Shown: positions 28,741-38,916 of the stretch, piece after piece
Position numbering within the stretch: position 1 is the stretch's first letter
How the letters are laid out: each line of letters begins with the position of its first letter
NCBI GenBank assembly: GCA_047637095.1
Contig: JBLIGS010000001.1
Coordinates: forward strand, 1-45,950
DNA length: 45,950 nt
Origin: Neolewinella sp.
GTDB lineage: Bacteria > Bacteroidota > Bacteroidia > Chitinophagales > Saprospiraceae
Direction: 5' to 3'
Notes under the pieces: model-generated
Databases searched by the model: none
Told to the model about the DNA's origin: nothing
What the model saw: only the letters and a program-made list of their open reading frames with translations
Made by a program: the position numbers and the translations under genes

Positions 28741-28864
28741 GGGCTAGGAGTTAAAAGCTAGAGGATAAAAGTTAGAGAGCTAGGAGTTAATGGGACTAAT
28801 CCTCTAACTTCTAAATCACTAACTCTTAGCTCCGAGCTTCTAACTTCTAGCTCCTAAGCTCTAG
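28741..28864. repeat. degenerate heptamer tandem repeats in head-to-head orientation
   Basis: AGCTAGG/AGTTAGA-type units followed by TCTAACT/TCTAGCT-type units, ending at the DUF3127 stop codon. Confidence 0.75.
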
Positions 28865-29241
28865 AATGGGAGATCATCCGTTGCTTCCGCAGCAGGCTCA
28901 TCGTTGCCGGCAGCTGGGAAATCAGTGAAGGATTCTGCTGCTGCATCGGGCTTGGCCCCCGCTGCTGCCGTGCTCAGGCTTTCCACTCGCCAGGCATTCA
29001 GGTTGGTGAAGTACTTCTCCTGCCACTGGCGACCACGAAGATCGAAGTGTACCTTGATTTCGTCGCCTTCGTTGAAGTCGTCAATGATGGCGGTACGGTC
29101 CTGTGTGGTCTGGAACTTTACGAAGTTGTCGTACTGGCCACCGTCGTTGGCTTTGATAACGAAGTCGCGTACACGGAAAGATTCGCCTTTGGTCTCGACC
29201 TCGTACTTCTTAACGAGGGTGCCGGTAATTTCGAAAGACAT
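28861..29241 (-). CDS. DUF3127 family protein (SSB-like OB fold)
   Basis: VKFQTTQDR, VHFDLRGRQW, YFTNLNAWR, C-terminal DDLPF. Confidence 0.9.
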   Translation of the reverse strand: MSFEITGTLVKKYEVETKGESFRVRDFVIKANDGGQYDNFVKFQTTQDRTAIIDDFNEGDEIKVHFDLRGRQWQEKYFTNLNAWRVESLSTAAAGAKPDAAAESFTDFPAAGNDEPAAEATDDLPF

Positions 29242-29469
29242 AGTTGTATGTTCTTGGTTCTTTGTTTTGCAACGGCCCTGCGGGCCGCTTTGAGAATAAG
29301 CACCTCACTGCCGCTAAAGTTTAGCAAAAAGGTAGACTAATTTCAATGTTCAACATTTTGCGTTGAAACGAAGTGCGAAAATACGTAAAATGTTGAAAGT
29401 ATACATAAGCCTTGTATTCTTGATGGTTTACATAACCATTGATAGAAGAATACAGTGCGGGGTACTGGG

Positions 29470-29937
29470 CTAAGGCTTCTTCGTCTTCTCGCACCCGCCA
29501 GCACAGTTACCGTAGAGGTTGAGAGAATGAGAGGTTACTTCAAAATTTAGAATCTCTCCCATCATGTTTTTAATCTGCTGCACCCGCGGATCGCAGAATT
29601 CAAGCACCTTGCCGCAGTCGTTACAAATCAGGTGATCGTGTTGCTTGTAGCCATAGCTCTTTTCGTATTGGGCTAGGTTCTTGCCGAACTGGTGCTTTTT
29701 TACCAGATCGCAGCTGACGAGTAACTCCAGCGTATTGTAGACCGTTGCTCGGGAAACCCGGTAATTATTGGTCTTCATGTGGATGTAGAGCGACTCCGCA
29801 TCGAAGTGATCGTCCCGACTATAGATTTCTTCAAGAATGGCATAACGCTCGGGCGTCCGGCGGGCCTTACGGTCCTTGAGGTGCTTGGAAAAAAGATCCT
29901 TTACGATATCGATGTCGTTGGTTGGATTCGTCTGCAT
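29470..29937 (-). CDS. fur: Fur family transcriptional regulator
   Basis: TPERYAILE, SRATVYNTL, HDHLICNDC. Confidence 0.9.
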   Translation of the reverse strand: MQTNPTNDIDIVKDLFSKHLKDRKARRTPERYAILEEIYSRDDHFDAESLYIHMKTNNYRVSRATVYNTLELLVSCDLVKKHQFGKNLAQYEKSYGYKQHDHLICNDCGKVLEFCDPRVQQIKNMMGEILNFEVTSHSLNLYGNCAGGCEKTKKP

Positions 29938-29984
29938 GACTATCAGGTTGGGGCGTGTTGCAATATGCGGAGGAGATTGCTCAT

Positions 29985-32207
29985 TTATTCCTCTATGCGA
30001 GAAACAGTCGAAACGTGTTCTAAGTTTTTGAGGGCCTGCATCACGAGGTAAAGCTGGTCTGTATTCCGGACGAGTAGGCTGATGTTGGCTTCAAAATAGC
30101 CGTCCTCTCCAGCAATACTGAAACTGCGAATGTCCAGAGCCATCTCGGTAATTTTATGACTGATGGTTTCAATCACTCCTGTGCCGCTGTCGAGGCCAGT
30201 CATCCGAAGGTTAACCACAAAGCTGCTCTCGGAGGTGCTCACCCATTCGGCACGCATGACCCTATAACCATAGTTGGCCATTAGATTTTGGGCATTGGGG
30301 CAGCGGCTACGGTGAATCTTTAGTCCAGCGTTTGCAGTGAGGTAGGCAAAGACCTGGTCTCCCTGAACGGGATTACAACAGGTTGCCATACTGTATTCAA
30401 ACTGGTTGCCAGGTTCGCCGTTGATAAGTAATTTGGATTGGCCCTGCAGCTTGTGGCGGGGACGGCGCGGCGCAGCGATTTCTTTGTCATTTTCCGTGGG
30501 CATCTCCACGGCTTTCGCTACCAGTTTACCGTTTTCAACAATGAACGGCTCGATGATCTGGGCAACAGAAACATTTTCTTGGGCAATGTTGTAAAAAAGG
30601 TCGATGTGGCTGTTCTCGTAATGGTATTTCGCCAGTACGTCCACTGCTGCTGGAGCATCGTTGATGCGGAGGTGCTTCAGCTTACGCATCAGGGCTTCTT
30701 GGCCGAGCTCTCCTTGTTGTTTGCGGTCTGCCTTGAGGGCCTGACGGATTTTGGCCTTGGCCTTACCCGTCTTTACCATCTTGAGCCAGGCTTCTTTAGG
30801 CGACTGTTGTTTGTTGGTGACGACCTGAAGGCGGTCACCGTTCTGAAGCTCGTAACTTAGAGGAACGATCTTTTCGTCCCGCATCACACTCTGGCAATGG
30901 AAGCCGACCATGCTGTGCACGCTGAAGGCAAAGTCAAGGGCCGTCGAACCTTTGGGTACGGTCTTCATGTCGCCGTCCGGGGTCCAAACATAGACTTCTT
31001 CGTTAAAGAAATTGTTGGCGCGGAAGTCTCCGAGGAATTGAACGGTGTCGGAGTTCGGATCATCTAAGATATCGCGGACGGAGTCGAACCAGGTTTCGTA
31101 AACATCCGGTTGGTTACTGCCGCCTTTGTATTTCCAGTGCGCGGCGAAGCCGCGCTCTGCTATGTCGTTCATCCGTTCCGATCGGATCTGAACTTCGACG
31201 AATCGGGCCTCAGGACCGGCCACCGTCGTGTGTAAACTCTCATAACCGTTTGACTTGGGAATCGTAACCCAGTCTTTCAACCGCTCAGGAACACCCTGGT
31301 AGATATCGGTTACCATACTGTAGGCTGCCCAACAAGCCAGCTTCTCTTTACGTGGCTCGACGTCAACGATGATCCGGACGGCAAAGAGGTCATAAATCTG
31401 CTCAAAAGGGACCTGCTTTTTCTTGATCTTATTGGAGATGCTATATATGGATTTGGGCCGACCGAATATCCGGTAAGCATAACCCAGTTCATCCATTCGC
31501 TCCTTTATCGGAGCGATGAAATTTTCGATGTATTGCTCACGGCTGGTTTTTGTCTCCTGCAGCTTCTTCGCCACGGTGTTGTATTCGTCCCGCTCCAGCA
31601 CTTTCATGCAAAGGTCGAGGAACTCCGAGCGGAAGTTGTACAGACCAAGGCGATGCGCAAGCGGTGCGTAGACGTAACTCGTCTCGGCTGCAATTTTGAA
31701 CTGCTTGTGTTCCGGCATGCTCTTTATCGTCCGCATATTATGCAGCCGATCGGCCATCTTGATCAACACAATTCGTACGTCGACGATTAGGGTGCTGAGG
31801 ACTTTTTTGAAGTTGGCCGCTTGCTGGCTTTCGTTTTGGTAGGCACTATCCAGTTTGGTGAGGCCGCCAACCATTTGGGCGATGCGATCGCCGAAGTCCG
31901 TGCGGATATCAGACAGCGTTACCGGTGTGTCTTCCACAACATCGTGCAAAAGGGCAACACAGATGGCCGTTGGACCAAGACCAATTTCTTCAGCGCAAAT
32001 ATGAGCCACCGCAATGGGGTGGTACATATATGGTTCACCGGATTTGCGCCGCTGGTAGCGGTGGCTGTAGTTGGCCAATTCGTAGGCCCGCAGCATTTGC
32101 TCCAAATCCTGAGCGTCAGGTGTCTTCTGCAGCGCGCCGATCATATCGTCGTAGGCCTTACGCAGACCTGCCTGCTCTTCCGTACTTGTTTCGATCACTT
32201 CAGCCAT
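29985..32207 (-). CDS. rel: bifunctional (p)ppGpp synthetase/hydrolase (long RSH)
   Basis: RKSGEPY, LLHDVVED, ADRLHNMRT, RLKD, NGYESLHT, EVQIR; TGS, CC and ACT regions. Confidence 0.95.
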   Translation of the reverse strand: MAEVIETSTEEQAGLRKAYDDMIGALQKTPDAQDLEQMLRAYELANYSHRYQRRKSGEPYMYHPIAVAHICAEEIGLGPTAICVALLHDVVEDTPVTLSDIRTDFGDRIAQMVGGLTKLDSAYQNESQQAANFKKVLSTLIVDVRIVLIKMADRLHNMRTIKSMPEHKQFKIAAETSYVYAPLAHRLGLYNFRSEFLDLCMKVLERDEYNTVAKKLQETKTSREQYIENFIAPIKERMDELGYAYRIFGRPKSIYSISNKIKKKQVPFEQIYDLFAVRIIVDVEPRKEKLACWAAYSMVTDIYQGVPERLKDWVTIPKSNGYESLHTTVAGPEARFVEVQIRSERMNDIAERGFAAHWKYKGGSNQPDVYETWFDSVRDILDDPNSDTVQFLGDFRANNFFNEEVYVWTPDGDMKTVPKGSTALDFAFSVHSMVGFHCQSVMRDEKIVPLSYELQNGDRLQVVTNKQQSPKEAWLKMVKTGKAKAKIRQALKADRKQQGELGQEALMRKLKHLRINDAPAAVDVLAKYHYENSHIDLFYNIAQENVSVAQIIEPFIVENGKLVAKAVEMPTENDKEIAAPRRPRHKLQGQSKLLINGEPGNQFEYSMATCCNPVQGDQVFAYLTANAGLKIHRSRCPNAQNLMANYGYRVMRAEWVSTSESSFVVNLRMTGLDSGTGVIETISHKITEMALDIRSFSIAGEDGYFEANISLLVRNTDQLYLVMQALKNLEHVSTVSRIEE

Positions 32208-32692
32208 AGGGCGGGAACTGTATTTTGTGTGGACGTCTTGGGCGGGCTAAGATAAGGACATGGCCTTGACTTGGTGCTACTTGTTTATAGCATCATTTAA
32301 CCCGGTGTAAGGTGCAGTTGAATACCCATGTTTTTTCTCAGCCCCTCAAATTTAATATTTCTCCATTTTTTTTGAAAACATCGTGAACACCGATTTTGGT
32401 CCTTAAACATAGAATTTGGCACAAAAATCACGTTTTTGATCATATATAGTCAATGTGGGCGAGGGCGCGGGTGCAAGGAGAGGTTGAGGTAGCAATTTTT
32501 TCAACAAAAACCAACGGTTGACTGTATTTCGCCAATATTGAAAGAAAAAGCACTTTTTTGATAAAAAGATCAATAAGCAGCGCACCTAGGGGTAAACATC
32601 TGGTTTGAGGAGATAGAAAGCACGCCTAAAGAGGCGATCTGAAGCATACCAGTCATACAAATTTCTCTCTATCACTTAGACATTTACTTATT

Positions 32693-32992
32693 ATGAAGAA
32701 CGTTCTACTCTCTTGCTTTTTTCTTGTATTCTCTTTCGTACTCAGCGCGCAGTCTGCCACTGAAAACCTTCGGATTTTCCCTAACCCAGTAACTACCTCT
32801 TTCGAAATCGGCGAGTCCGACCGGGTATCTACCATCCGTGTTATGAATATGGTTGGCCGCGAAGTAAAGATGTTTGATTTCGTTATTGATGAAAAGTACG
32901 GCATCGCAGAACTGCCACAAGGCATGTACCTCGTTCAGCTTCGTGATGCTGACGAAAAAGTTATCCACACTCAGCGTGTGAAAAAGAATTAA
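32693..32992 (+). CDS. stand-alone T9SS type A sorting (CTD) domain protein
   Basis: Signal peptide followed directly by IFPNP..NMVGREV..LPQGMYLVQL..VKK. Confidence 0.88.
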   Translation: MKNVLLSCFFLVFSFVLSAQSATENLRIFPNPVTTSFEIGESDRVSTIRVMNMVGREVKMFDFVIDEKYGIAELPQGMYLVQLRDADEKVIHTQRVKKN

Positions 32993-33125
32993 TTTTTGCC
33001 GGCCGCTGGCCGGTCATAATCCCCAAGACGTTTATTTTTTTCTGAGATTATTTTCATTTATCGTCACTTATTCATCGTCGAGTTATCCTTATTATAATTA
33101 CTCTCTAAGCGAATTCAAGTTCAAG

Positions 33126-33160
33126 AGCCTGCTAACCCTTATGGGTGGCGGGCTTTTTTT
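33126..33160 (+). terminator. intrinsic terminator
   Basis: AGCCTGCTAACCC-TTAT-GGGTGGCGGGCT followed by a T-tract. Confidence 0.75.
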
Positions 33161-34544
33161 ATCCCAAGCTCGCCTGCATCAAATAAGCACAAATCAACGC
33201 CCCATAAGTCCCCAACGCATAACCGATTACGGCCATGATGGCACCAACCGGCGCCAGCGCAGGGCTAAAAGCACTAGCTACTACCGGCGCGGAAGCCGCG
33301 CCACCAATATTAGCCTGGCTACCAACGGCGACGTAGAAAAACGGCGCCTTTATCAGCCAAGCCACAAACAGTAGGATGGTTACGTGGACGATCATCCAGA
33401 TGACTCCGATGGCAAAAAGGCCAAGGTTGGAGAAGATGTCTCCTATGTTCATCTGCATACCGATGGTGGCCACCAGGATATAGATACAAACCGAGCCCCA
33501 CCGGCTGGCACCAACCCCTTCAAACTTGCGGGCAGAGGTGAAACTGAGGGCGAAGCCGACGGTGGTAGCGATGACGATCAGCCAGAAGAACCCGCTCATG
33601 AGCGTCGTCAATCTCCAGGCCTCCAGGGTTTCTTCAAACTGCTTGAAGAATGGGGCAATTAGGTCGGAGCCGAAGTGCGCCAGGGCCACTCCGCCAAAGG
33701 CAATGGCCAGTAACTGGAAAGTGGACAAGGTTGTCGGCTCCCGCTTCACGCTGGCGGCGTAGCCTTCTACCCGCTCGGTGAGTTCCTTGATGGCGGTGTT
33801 GTCGGCCTTCAGGAACTTGTCGATTTTGTCGCTTCGGCCCGCGCCGAAGAGTAGGAAACCCATCCATATGTTGGCCACCAAAACGTCGACTATGATCATC
33901 TGTCCAAAAATGCCGGTAGGAACCTCAAAGATTTCCTTCATGGCCGCCTGGTTGGCGCCGCCGCCGATCCAGGAACCAGCGATGGTGCTTAGCCCGCGCC
34001 ACAGCTGTTCTGGGTCCAGACCAATAAGGTCTGGGAACAAGTAGGTAATGATCAATAAAGCAATCGGTCCGCCAATGACGATACTAAAGGTCGCGGCCAG
34101 GAACATTATGATGGCCCGGTAACCCAGGTTCCAGATGCCCCTCAAATCGATATTGAGGCAGAGGAGAATTAGACTTGCTGGCAGCAGATAGCGGCTGGCC
34201 ATGAAGTAGAGTTGGCTGTGGCCTTTGGCTTTACTGTAGTCATCGGCATTGAGGCCTGCAGCCTCAATGGCCTTGTTAACCTCTCCGAAGGAATCTCCGT
34301 CTTGAAACTGAACCCCAGCATCCGTCAACGTTCCCAATACCTCTGGTGAATACCAGTCGTAAGCGATTATACCCAACGGCCAGTGCAGTAGCGCTGGCAG
34401 GAAGTAACACAGCAACAGTGCAGGCACATAGGTGTAAAATTTCTTCCAAAAAGAGCTTTCGCTATTGTTGGTAGTAAAGATGATCGCAAGGATGATGAGT
34501 AAGATGCCGAAAACAACGGCGTCGTTGGTGATGAAGGGTTCCAT
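33159..34544 (-). CDS. DUF819 family membrane protein
   Basis: GSWIGGGANQ and GSQANIGGAASAPVVA motifs; start at MEPFIT. Confidence 0.9.
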   Translation of the reverse strand: MEPFITNDAVVFGILLIILAIIFTTNNSESSFWKKFYTYVPALLLCYFLPALLHWPLGIIAYDWYSPEVLGTLTDAGVQFQDGDSFGEVNKAIEAAGLNADDYSKAKGHSQLYFMASRYLLPASLILLCLNIDLRGIWNLGYRAIIMFLAATFSIVIGGPIALLIITYLFPDLIGLDPEQLWRGLSTIAGSWIGGGANQAAMKEIFEVPTGIFGQMIIVDVLVANIWMGFLLFGAGRSDKIDKFLKADNTAIKELTERVEGYAASVKREPTTLSTFQLLAIAFGGVALAHFGSDLIAPFFKQFEETLEAWRLTTLMSGFFWLIVIATTVGFALSFTSARKFEGVGASRWGSVCIYILVATIGMQMNIGDIFSNLGLFAIGVIWMIVHVTILLFVAWLIKAPFFYVAVGSQANIGGAASAPVVASAFSPALAPVGAIMAVIGYALGTYGALICAYLMQASLG

Positions 34545-34624
34545 GCGGGGAAGATAGGAAGAGATTGGTGTTTTGGGTTGCTGCGCGGTGAGTGTCCGGC
34601 CTTGGCCTTGCGCAACAAAAGAGA

Positions 34625-34948
34625 ATGTCTGTTCATGAAAATGTGAAAACAACACATAACTTTGAAGTGGAATGTCAGAAAATAGTAGGGGTAAAACAAG
34701 GGGTAATTGGCTTGTGGGAAGAAGGTGAAATTCGAGACAGTTTTCCAAGTATTGAAAGTGAAAATGATATTTTCAACCTCCTTAGTCAAGTGGAAATTGG
34801 GATTTATAACGAGGAGGCTTTCAATCACGAATGCATGGATAAGGAGCTCTACTCAATTCGAGCAAACTGTCCATGGGATATAGAACATGGAATTGAATTT
34901 GAGATAAAGTTGGAAGAGGTAGAAAAAAGTAATGCGTCCCATTCTTAA
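34625..34948 (+). pseudogene. AT-rich acidic ORF, possible DUF6985-like fragment
   Basis: Visibly AT-rich patch; CPWDIEHG resembles the CxWDxEHG motif; start uncertain. Confidence 0.4.
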
Positions 34949-35177
34949 AAAGGAACTCATATCTCCAAGTCCAGACTTTAATTCAAGTAAGGCCCCATTC
35001 CCACCCCATCCACGTAATGTAAATTGTTACGCCCATCACAACTTAAAACTATTTGTTATTTAATTTTTATTTTCTATCTTCGCCTTCCGGCCTACGGCCC
35101 GGGCTGTTTTGGAAACCTTGCTCCCGTAAACCTTCCATTGCACCTGCGTCCGCGCCCAGAAAAATTAGCAGCAGTTA

Positions 35178-37808
35178 ATGACCAACGATACTGACAACAC
35201 CCCCGGCCACCAGGCGCCGGAAGACAACGTAACGACCCTCAAGGGAATGTACGAGGATTATTTCCTCGACTATGCCAGTTACGTTATCCTCGAACGGGCT
35301 GTTCCGACGATAGAAGACGGCCTCAAGCCCGTTCAACGACGCATCCTACACGCCCTGAATGAAATGCACGATGGCCGCTACCACAAGGTTGCCAACGTCA
35401 TTGGCCAAACGATGCAGTACCACCCCCACGGCGATGCTGCCATCGGTGATGCCCTCGTCGGCCTCGGTCAGAAAGACCTGTTGATTGATCCCCAGGGAAA
35501 CTGGGGTAATACGCTCACCGGAGACTCCGCCGCCGCCAGCCGCTACATCGAGGCACGCCTCACCAAGTTCGCCACCGACGTCGTCTTTAACCCGCAAACC
35601 ACCAACTGGAAAGTCAGCTACGACGGCCGTAAGCGCGAGCCGATCAACCTGCCCGTCAAGTTCCCGCTGTTGCTGGCCCAGGGCACCGAAGGCATCGCCG
35701 TCGGCCTGAGCACCAAAATCATGCCCCACAACTTTATCGAGTTGTGTAAGGAAAGCATCAAGATACTTGAAGGGAAAAAGCCGAAAATTTACCCTGATTT
35801 TCCTACCGGCGGCACCGTCGACGTCAGCGATTACCAGTGGGGAAAACGTGGTGGAAAACTGAAGGTTCGGGCTACCATCGAGAAGATCGATAACAAGTTT
35901 ATCGCCATCAAAGAATTGCCCTACGGCACGACGACGGCTACCCTGATCGACAGCATCCTCAAGGCCAACGACAAGGGGAAAATTAAAATCAAACAGGTAC
36001 AGGACAACACCGCCGCTGAGGTGGAAATTCTGATAGAGCTTGCAACGGGCATCAGCCCTGATGTGACGATCGACGCCCTATACGCTTTCACCAATTGCGA
36101 ACTGTCTATCTCTCCAAACGCCTGTATTATTATTGGCGGAGATAAGCCACACTTCGTCTCGGTCCTAGATATTCTGGAGCACATCACTTTCCAGACCCGG
36201 GACTTGTTGAAACTGGAACTCCAGATCAAGCAGAAGGAGCTGGAAGAGAAACTTCTTTTCGCCAGCTTGGAAAAGGTCTTTATCAAAAAACGGATCTACC
36301 GCGACATCGAAGAAGCGGAGGATTTTCCTGAAGTGATAGACATCATCCGCGCCGGATTGGAAAAATATTTCCGCGAACCAAACTCAAAGGCTAAGGCCGG
36401 CGATACGCGGATGCTGCTTCTGCGCAATATCTCCGACGATGACATTATTCGGCTGACCGAAATCCGTATTAAGCGGATTTCTAAGTACAACAGTTTCGCT
36501 GCCGACGAACGGATTGCCAAGCTAGAAGAAGAACTCAAGGAGGTTAAACACCACCTGCTACACCTCACGGAATACACCATCGCTTGGTACCAGCGCCTGC
36601 TGGACAAGTACGGTAAAGGCCGGGAACGTCAGACCCAAATTGCCAGCTTTGAAAAGGTGGCCGTTACGGCCGTTGCTGCCAATAATGCCAAGCTTTACGT
36701 GGACCGTAAAGAAGGCTTCGTAGGCATGGGGCTGAAAAAAGAAGAATTCCTTAGCGAATGTTCTGATATCGACGACGTCATCATCATCCGGAAGGATGGA
36801 ACGTTACTGGTTACCCGAATTGCGGACAAGACCTTTGTTGGAAAAAATATCCTCCACGTTGCTGTCTGGAAGAAAGGAGACGAACGGACGACTTATAACT
36901 TGGTTTACATCGATGCCAAAACTGGCCGCTCGATGGGCAAGCGCTTTAACGTCAAAGCCATCACCCGCGACCGGGAATACCCGCTGACCAAAGGCGTAAA
37001 AGGATCCAAACTGCTCTACCTGACGGTCAATCCTAACGGAGAGGCAGAGATTGTTAACGTACTGCTCAGCCCCGCAAGCAAAGCCCGGGTGAAAGATTTC
37101 GACTTTGACTTTGCAGAGCTGACAATTAAAGGCCGTGCTTCGGGCGGCAACATCGTCACCCGATACCCCGTCCGCAAAGTCACCCTCAAGGAAGCCGGCA
37201 AGAGTACGCTCGGTGCCCTCAAGGTTTGGATGGACGAGGTCAGCGGACGGTTGAATACCGGAGAACGCGGTCGCCTGCTCGGTGGCTTTGATACCGGTGA
37301 CTACATCCTGACCGTCAATAAAGACGGCACCTACGAACGGGAAGTCTTGGACATGTCCCGCAAGTATGATCCAAAACAGCTCTTCTTCATCGGTAAGCAC
37401 TCCGAAGAGATGGTCGTCTCCGCCGTTTACTACGAAGGAGAACGGGGAATAACCCTGGTGAAACGTTTCCAGATCGAAACGAGTAGCCCAGGCTCCTCCT
37501 TCGACTTTATCTCGGAGCACAAACTGTCTAAACTCTACCACGCTACCGTGCACCCGGAGCCAGAGGTGGAAATCTCTTTCCGCGTGAAGCGAGAAACCCA
37601 AACCCGGATTGTCCAGTTGTCCGAGTTCATCGATGTGAAAGGATGGAAATCACTTGGTAATAAACTGGAGGACGGTAAGCTTACTGGCGTCAAGGAACTG
37701 AATGAACCGTTTGTTCCCGTTGTTCGGGAAGTTACCCGGCCGAAGAAGACGACCAAAGATGCAGAGGAAGGTGGTCTGAAACCAGGTAGTACAATTGAGC
37801 TGTTTTAA
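35178..37808 (+). CDS. parC: DNA topoisomerase IV subunit A (Bacteroidota type)
   Basis: DGLKPVQRRIL, YHPHGD, catalytic RYIEARL, GIAVG; no GyrA-box seen. Confidence 0.88.
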   Translation: MTNDTDNTPGHQAPEDNVTTLKGMYEDYFLDYASYVILERAVPTIEDGLKPVQRRILHALNEMHDGRYHKVANVIGQTMQYHPHGDAAIGDALVGLGQKDLLIDPQGNWGNTLTGDSAAASRYIEARLTKFATDVVFNPQTTNWKVSYDGRKREPINLPVKFPLLLAQGTEGIAVGLSTKIMPHNFIELCKESIKILEGKKPKIYPDFPTGGTVDVSDYQWGKRGGKLKVRATIEKIDNKFIAIKELPYGTTTATLIDSILKANDKGKIKIKQVQDNTAAEVEILIELATGISPDVTIDALYAFTNCELSISPNACIIIGGDKPHFVSVLDILEHITFQTRDLLKLELQIKQKELEEKLLFASLEKVFIKKRIYRDIEEAEDFPEVIDIIRAGLEKYFREPNSKAKAGDTRMLLLRNISDDDIIRLTEIRIKRISKYNSFAADERIAKLEEELKEVKHHLLHLTEYTIAWYQRLLDKYGKGRERQTQIASFEKVAVTAVAANNAKLYVDRKEGFVGMGLKKEEFLSECSDIDDVIIIRKDGTLLVTRIADKTFVGKNILHVAVWKKGDERTTYNLVYIDAKTGRSMGKRFNVKAITRDREYPLTKGVKGSKLLYLTVNPNGEAEIVNVLLSPASKARVKDFDFDFAELTIKGRASGGNIVTRYPVRKVTLKEAGKSTLGALKVWMDEVSGRLNTGERGRLLGGFDTGDYILTVNKDGTYEREVLDMSRKYDPKQLFFIGKHSEEMVVSAVYYEGERGITLVKRFQIETSSPGSSFDFISEHKLSKLYHATVHPEPEVEISFRVKRETQTRIVQLSEFIDVKGWKSLGNKLEDGKLTGVKELNEPFVPVVREVTRPKKTTKDAEEGGLKPGSTIELF

Positions 37809-37873
37809 TGGTAGGCTACTAAAGCCGTAACTTTGCCCCGTTCACCAGGTCATCACTCATTAAGCCCCGTCAC

Positions 37874-38041
37874 GTGTCAAAGCAGTCTACCCGCCACTCC
37901 TACAAAACCCGCCGCGAGCGGAATGCTGTCGTCGCCAAACGCACCAAGGTCATTTTGATCTTTGCTGCTATCCTTGCCGTGCTGCTGTTTATCCGCAGTT
38001 GGGAAAGCTGGTACAATTGGGGGAAAGCGATGATGATGTAA
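37874..38041 (+). CDS. small single-pass membrane protein (55 aa), absent from the ORF track
   Basis: GTG start; MSKQSTRHSYKTRRERNAVVAKRTKVILIFAAILAVLLFIRSWESWYNWGKAMMM; TAACTTTG promoter element at 37828. Confidence 0.65.
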   Translation: MSKQSTRHSYKTRRERNAVVAKRTKVILIFAAILAVLLFIRSWESWYNWGKAMMM

Positions 38042-38144
38042 GAAGCAGCTTCTATTACCCTTAAGTGACCGAGCCAATTACAAAGTAACGGACTTGTGAC
38101 AAGCCCACAATGGCTTGGTCGTTCCTTTGCAAAAACGATTTAAG

Positions 38145-38834
38145 ATGATACAACGATTCGTACTTTTTGGCCTGTTGGCCTTGGCTTTTTCCTGTGAAGA
38201 TTCCAGCACAGCTATAGTTGAATCCGATGGCCAGGATCAGTTCTACCGCCGGCATGTTCAGGATCCCGTAACTGGGGAATACCTGAAAGATTCACTGGGT
38301 TATCCAGGTAACCAACCTACTGACCCGGTGACTGACGAGATTATGCCTGAACCCGTCAGAGATTGGAACTACATCGATCAACAACGTCGCCCCTTCGGGA
38401 GCGACAGCTTGAGAGGTAAAGTCTACGTTGCCGAATTCTTCTTTACCTCTTGCCCAACAATTTGCCCCAAGGTCAAAGGCCAAATGCTTCGCCTTGAGGA
38501 AGAGTTTGCGGAGTACGAAGACTTTGCCATGGTCTCTTTTACCGTTGACCCCAAGCGGGATACTCCGGAACGGATGATGGATTATTCCACAAAGCTGGGC
38601 ATTGAAGACATGGACCGCTGGCGGTTCATCTACGGCGATAAATTTGAAATCTATGACTTGGATGCCGATTACCTAAGCATCGCGGAGGAAAACGTAAATG
38701 CTCCAGGAGGATTTGACCACAGCGGATATATCGTGTTGGTTGACCGTAATGGATTTGTTCGTTCTTATGCGAACGGCACGAAATCTGAAGAAGTAACTTA
38801 CTTGATCGATGACATTAAGCTGTTGTTGAAGTAG
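38145..38834 (+). CDS. SCO family copper chaperone lipoprotein
   Basis: Lipobox AFSC, FFTSCPTICP, VDPKRDT, DHS. Confidence 0.92.
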   Translation: MIQRFVLFGLLALAFSCEDSSTAIVESDGQDQFYRRHVQDPVTGEYLKDSLGYPGNQPTDPVTDEIMPEPVRDWNYIDQQRRPFGSDSLRGKVYVAEFFFTSCPTICPKVKGQMLRLEEEFAEYEDFAMVSFTVDPKRDTPERMMDYSTKLGIEDMDRWRFIYGDKFEIYDLDADYLSIAEENVNAPGGFDHSGYIVLVDRNGFVRSYANGTKSEEVTYLIDDIKLLLK

Positions 38835-38916
38835 GTAACCTTATTCCTAGAAGGAGGGTGTTTTTCCGAATTTTCATTGCGATTCCTTAGGAGTCGAGGG
38901 TGCAAGCAGCTGAATA

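Noticed and set aside
33014-33023. 10-nt complementarity between the candidate sRNA (GGGATTATGA) and the 3' UTR of the CTD-only gene (TCATAATCCC)
   Set aside because: Too short to distinguish from chance without genome-wide statistics.
36804-37601. 265-aa antisense ORF within parC, and similar shadow ORFs elsewhere
   Set aside because: Expected from the codon bias of the sense gene; no recognisable motifs.
35178-37808. gyrA assignment
   Set aside because: No GyrA-box seen, and the YASYVILERA / RYIEARL variant fits the Bacteroidota topoisomerase IV subunit A.
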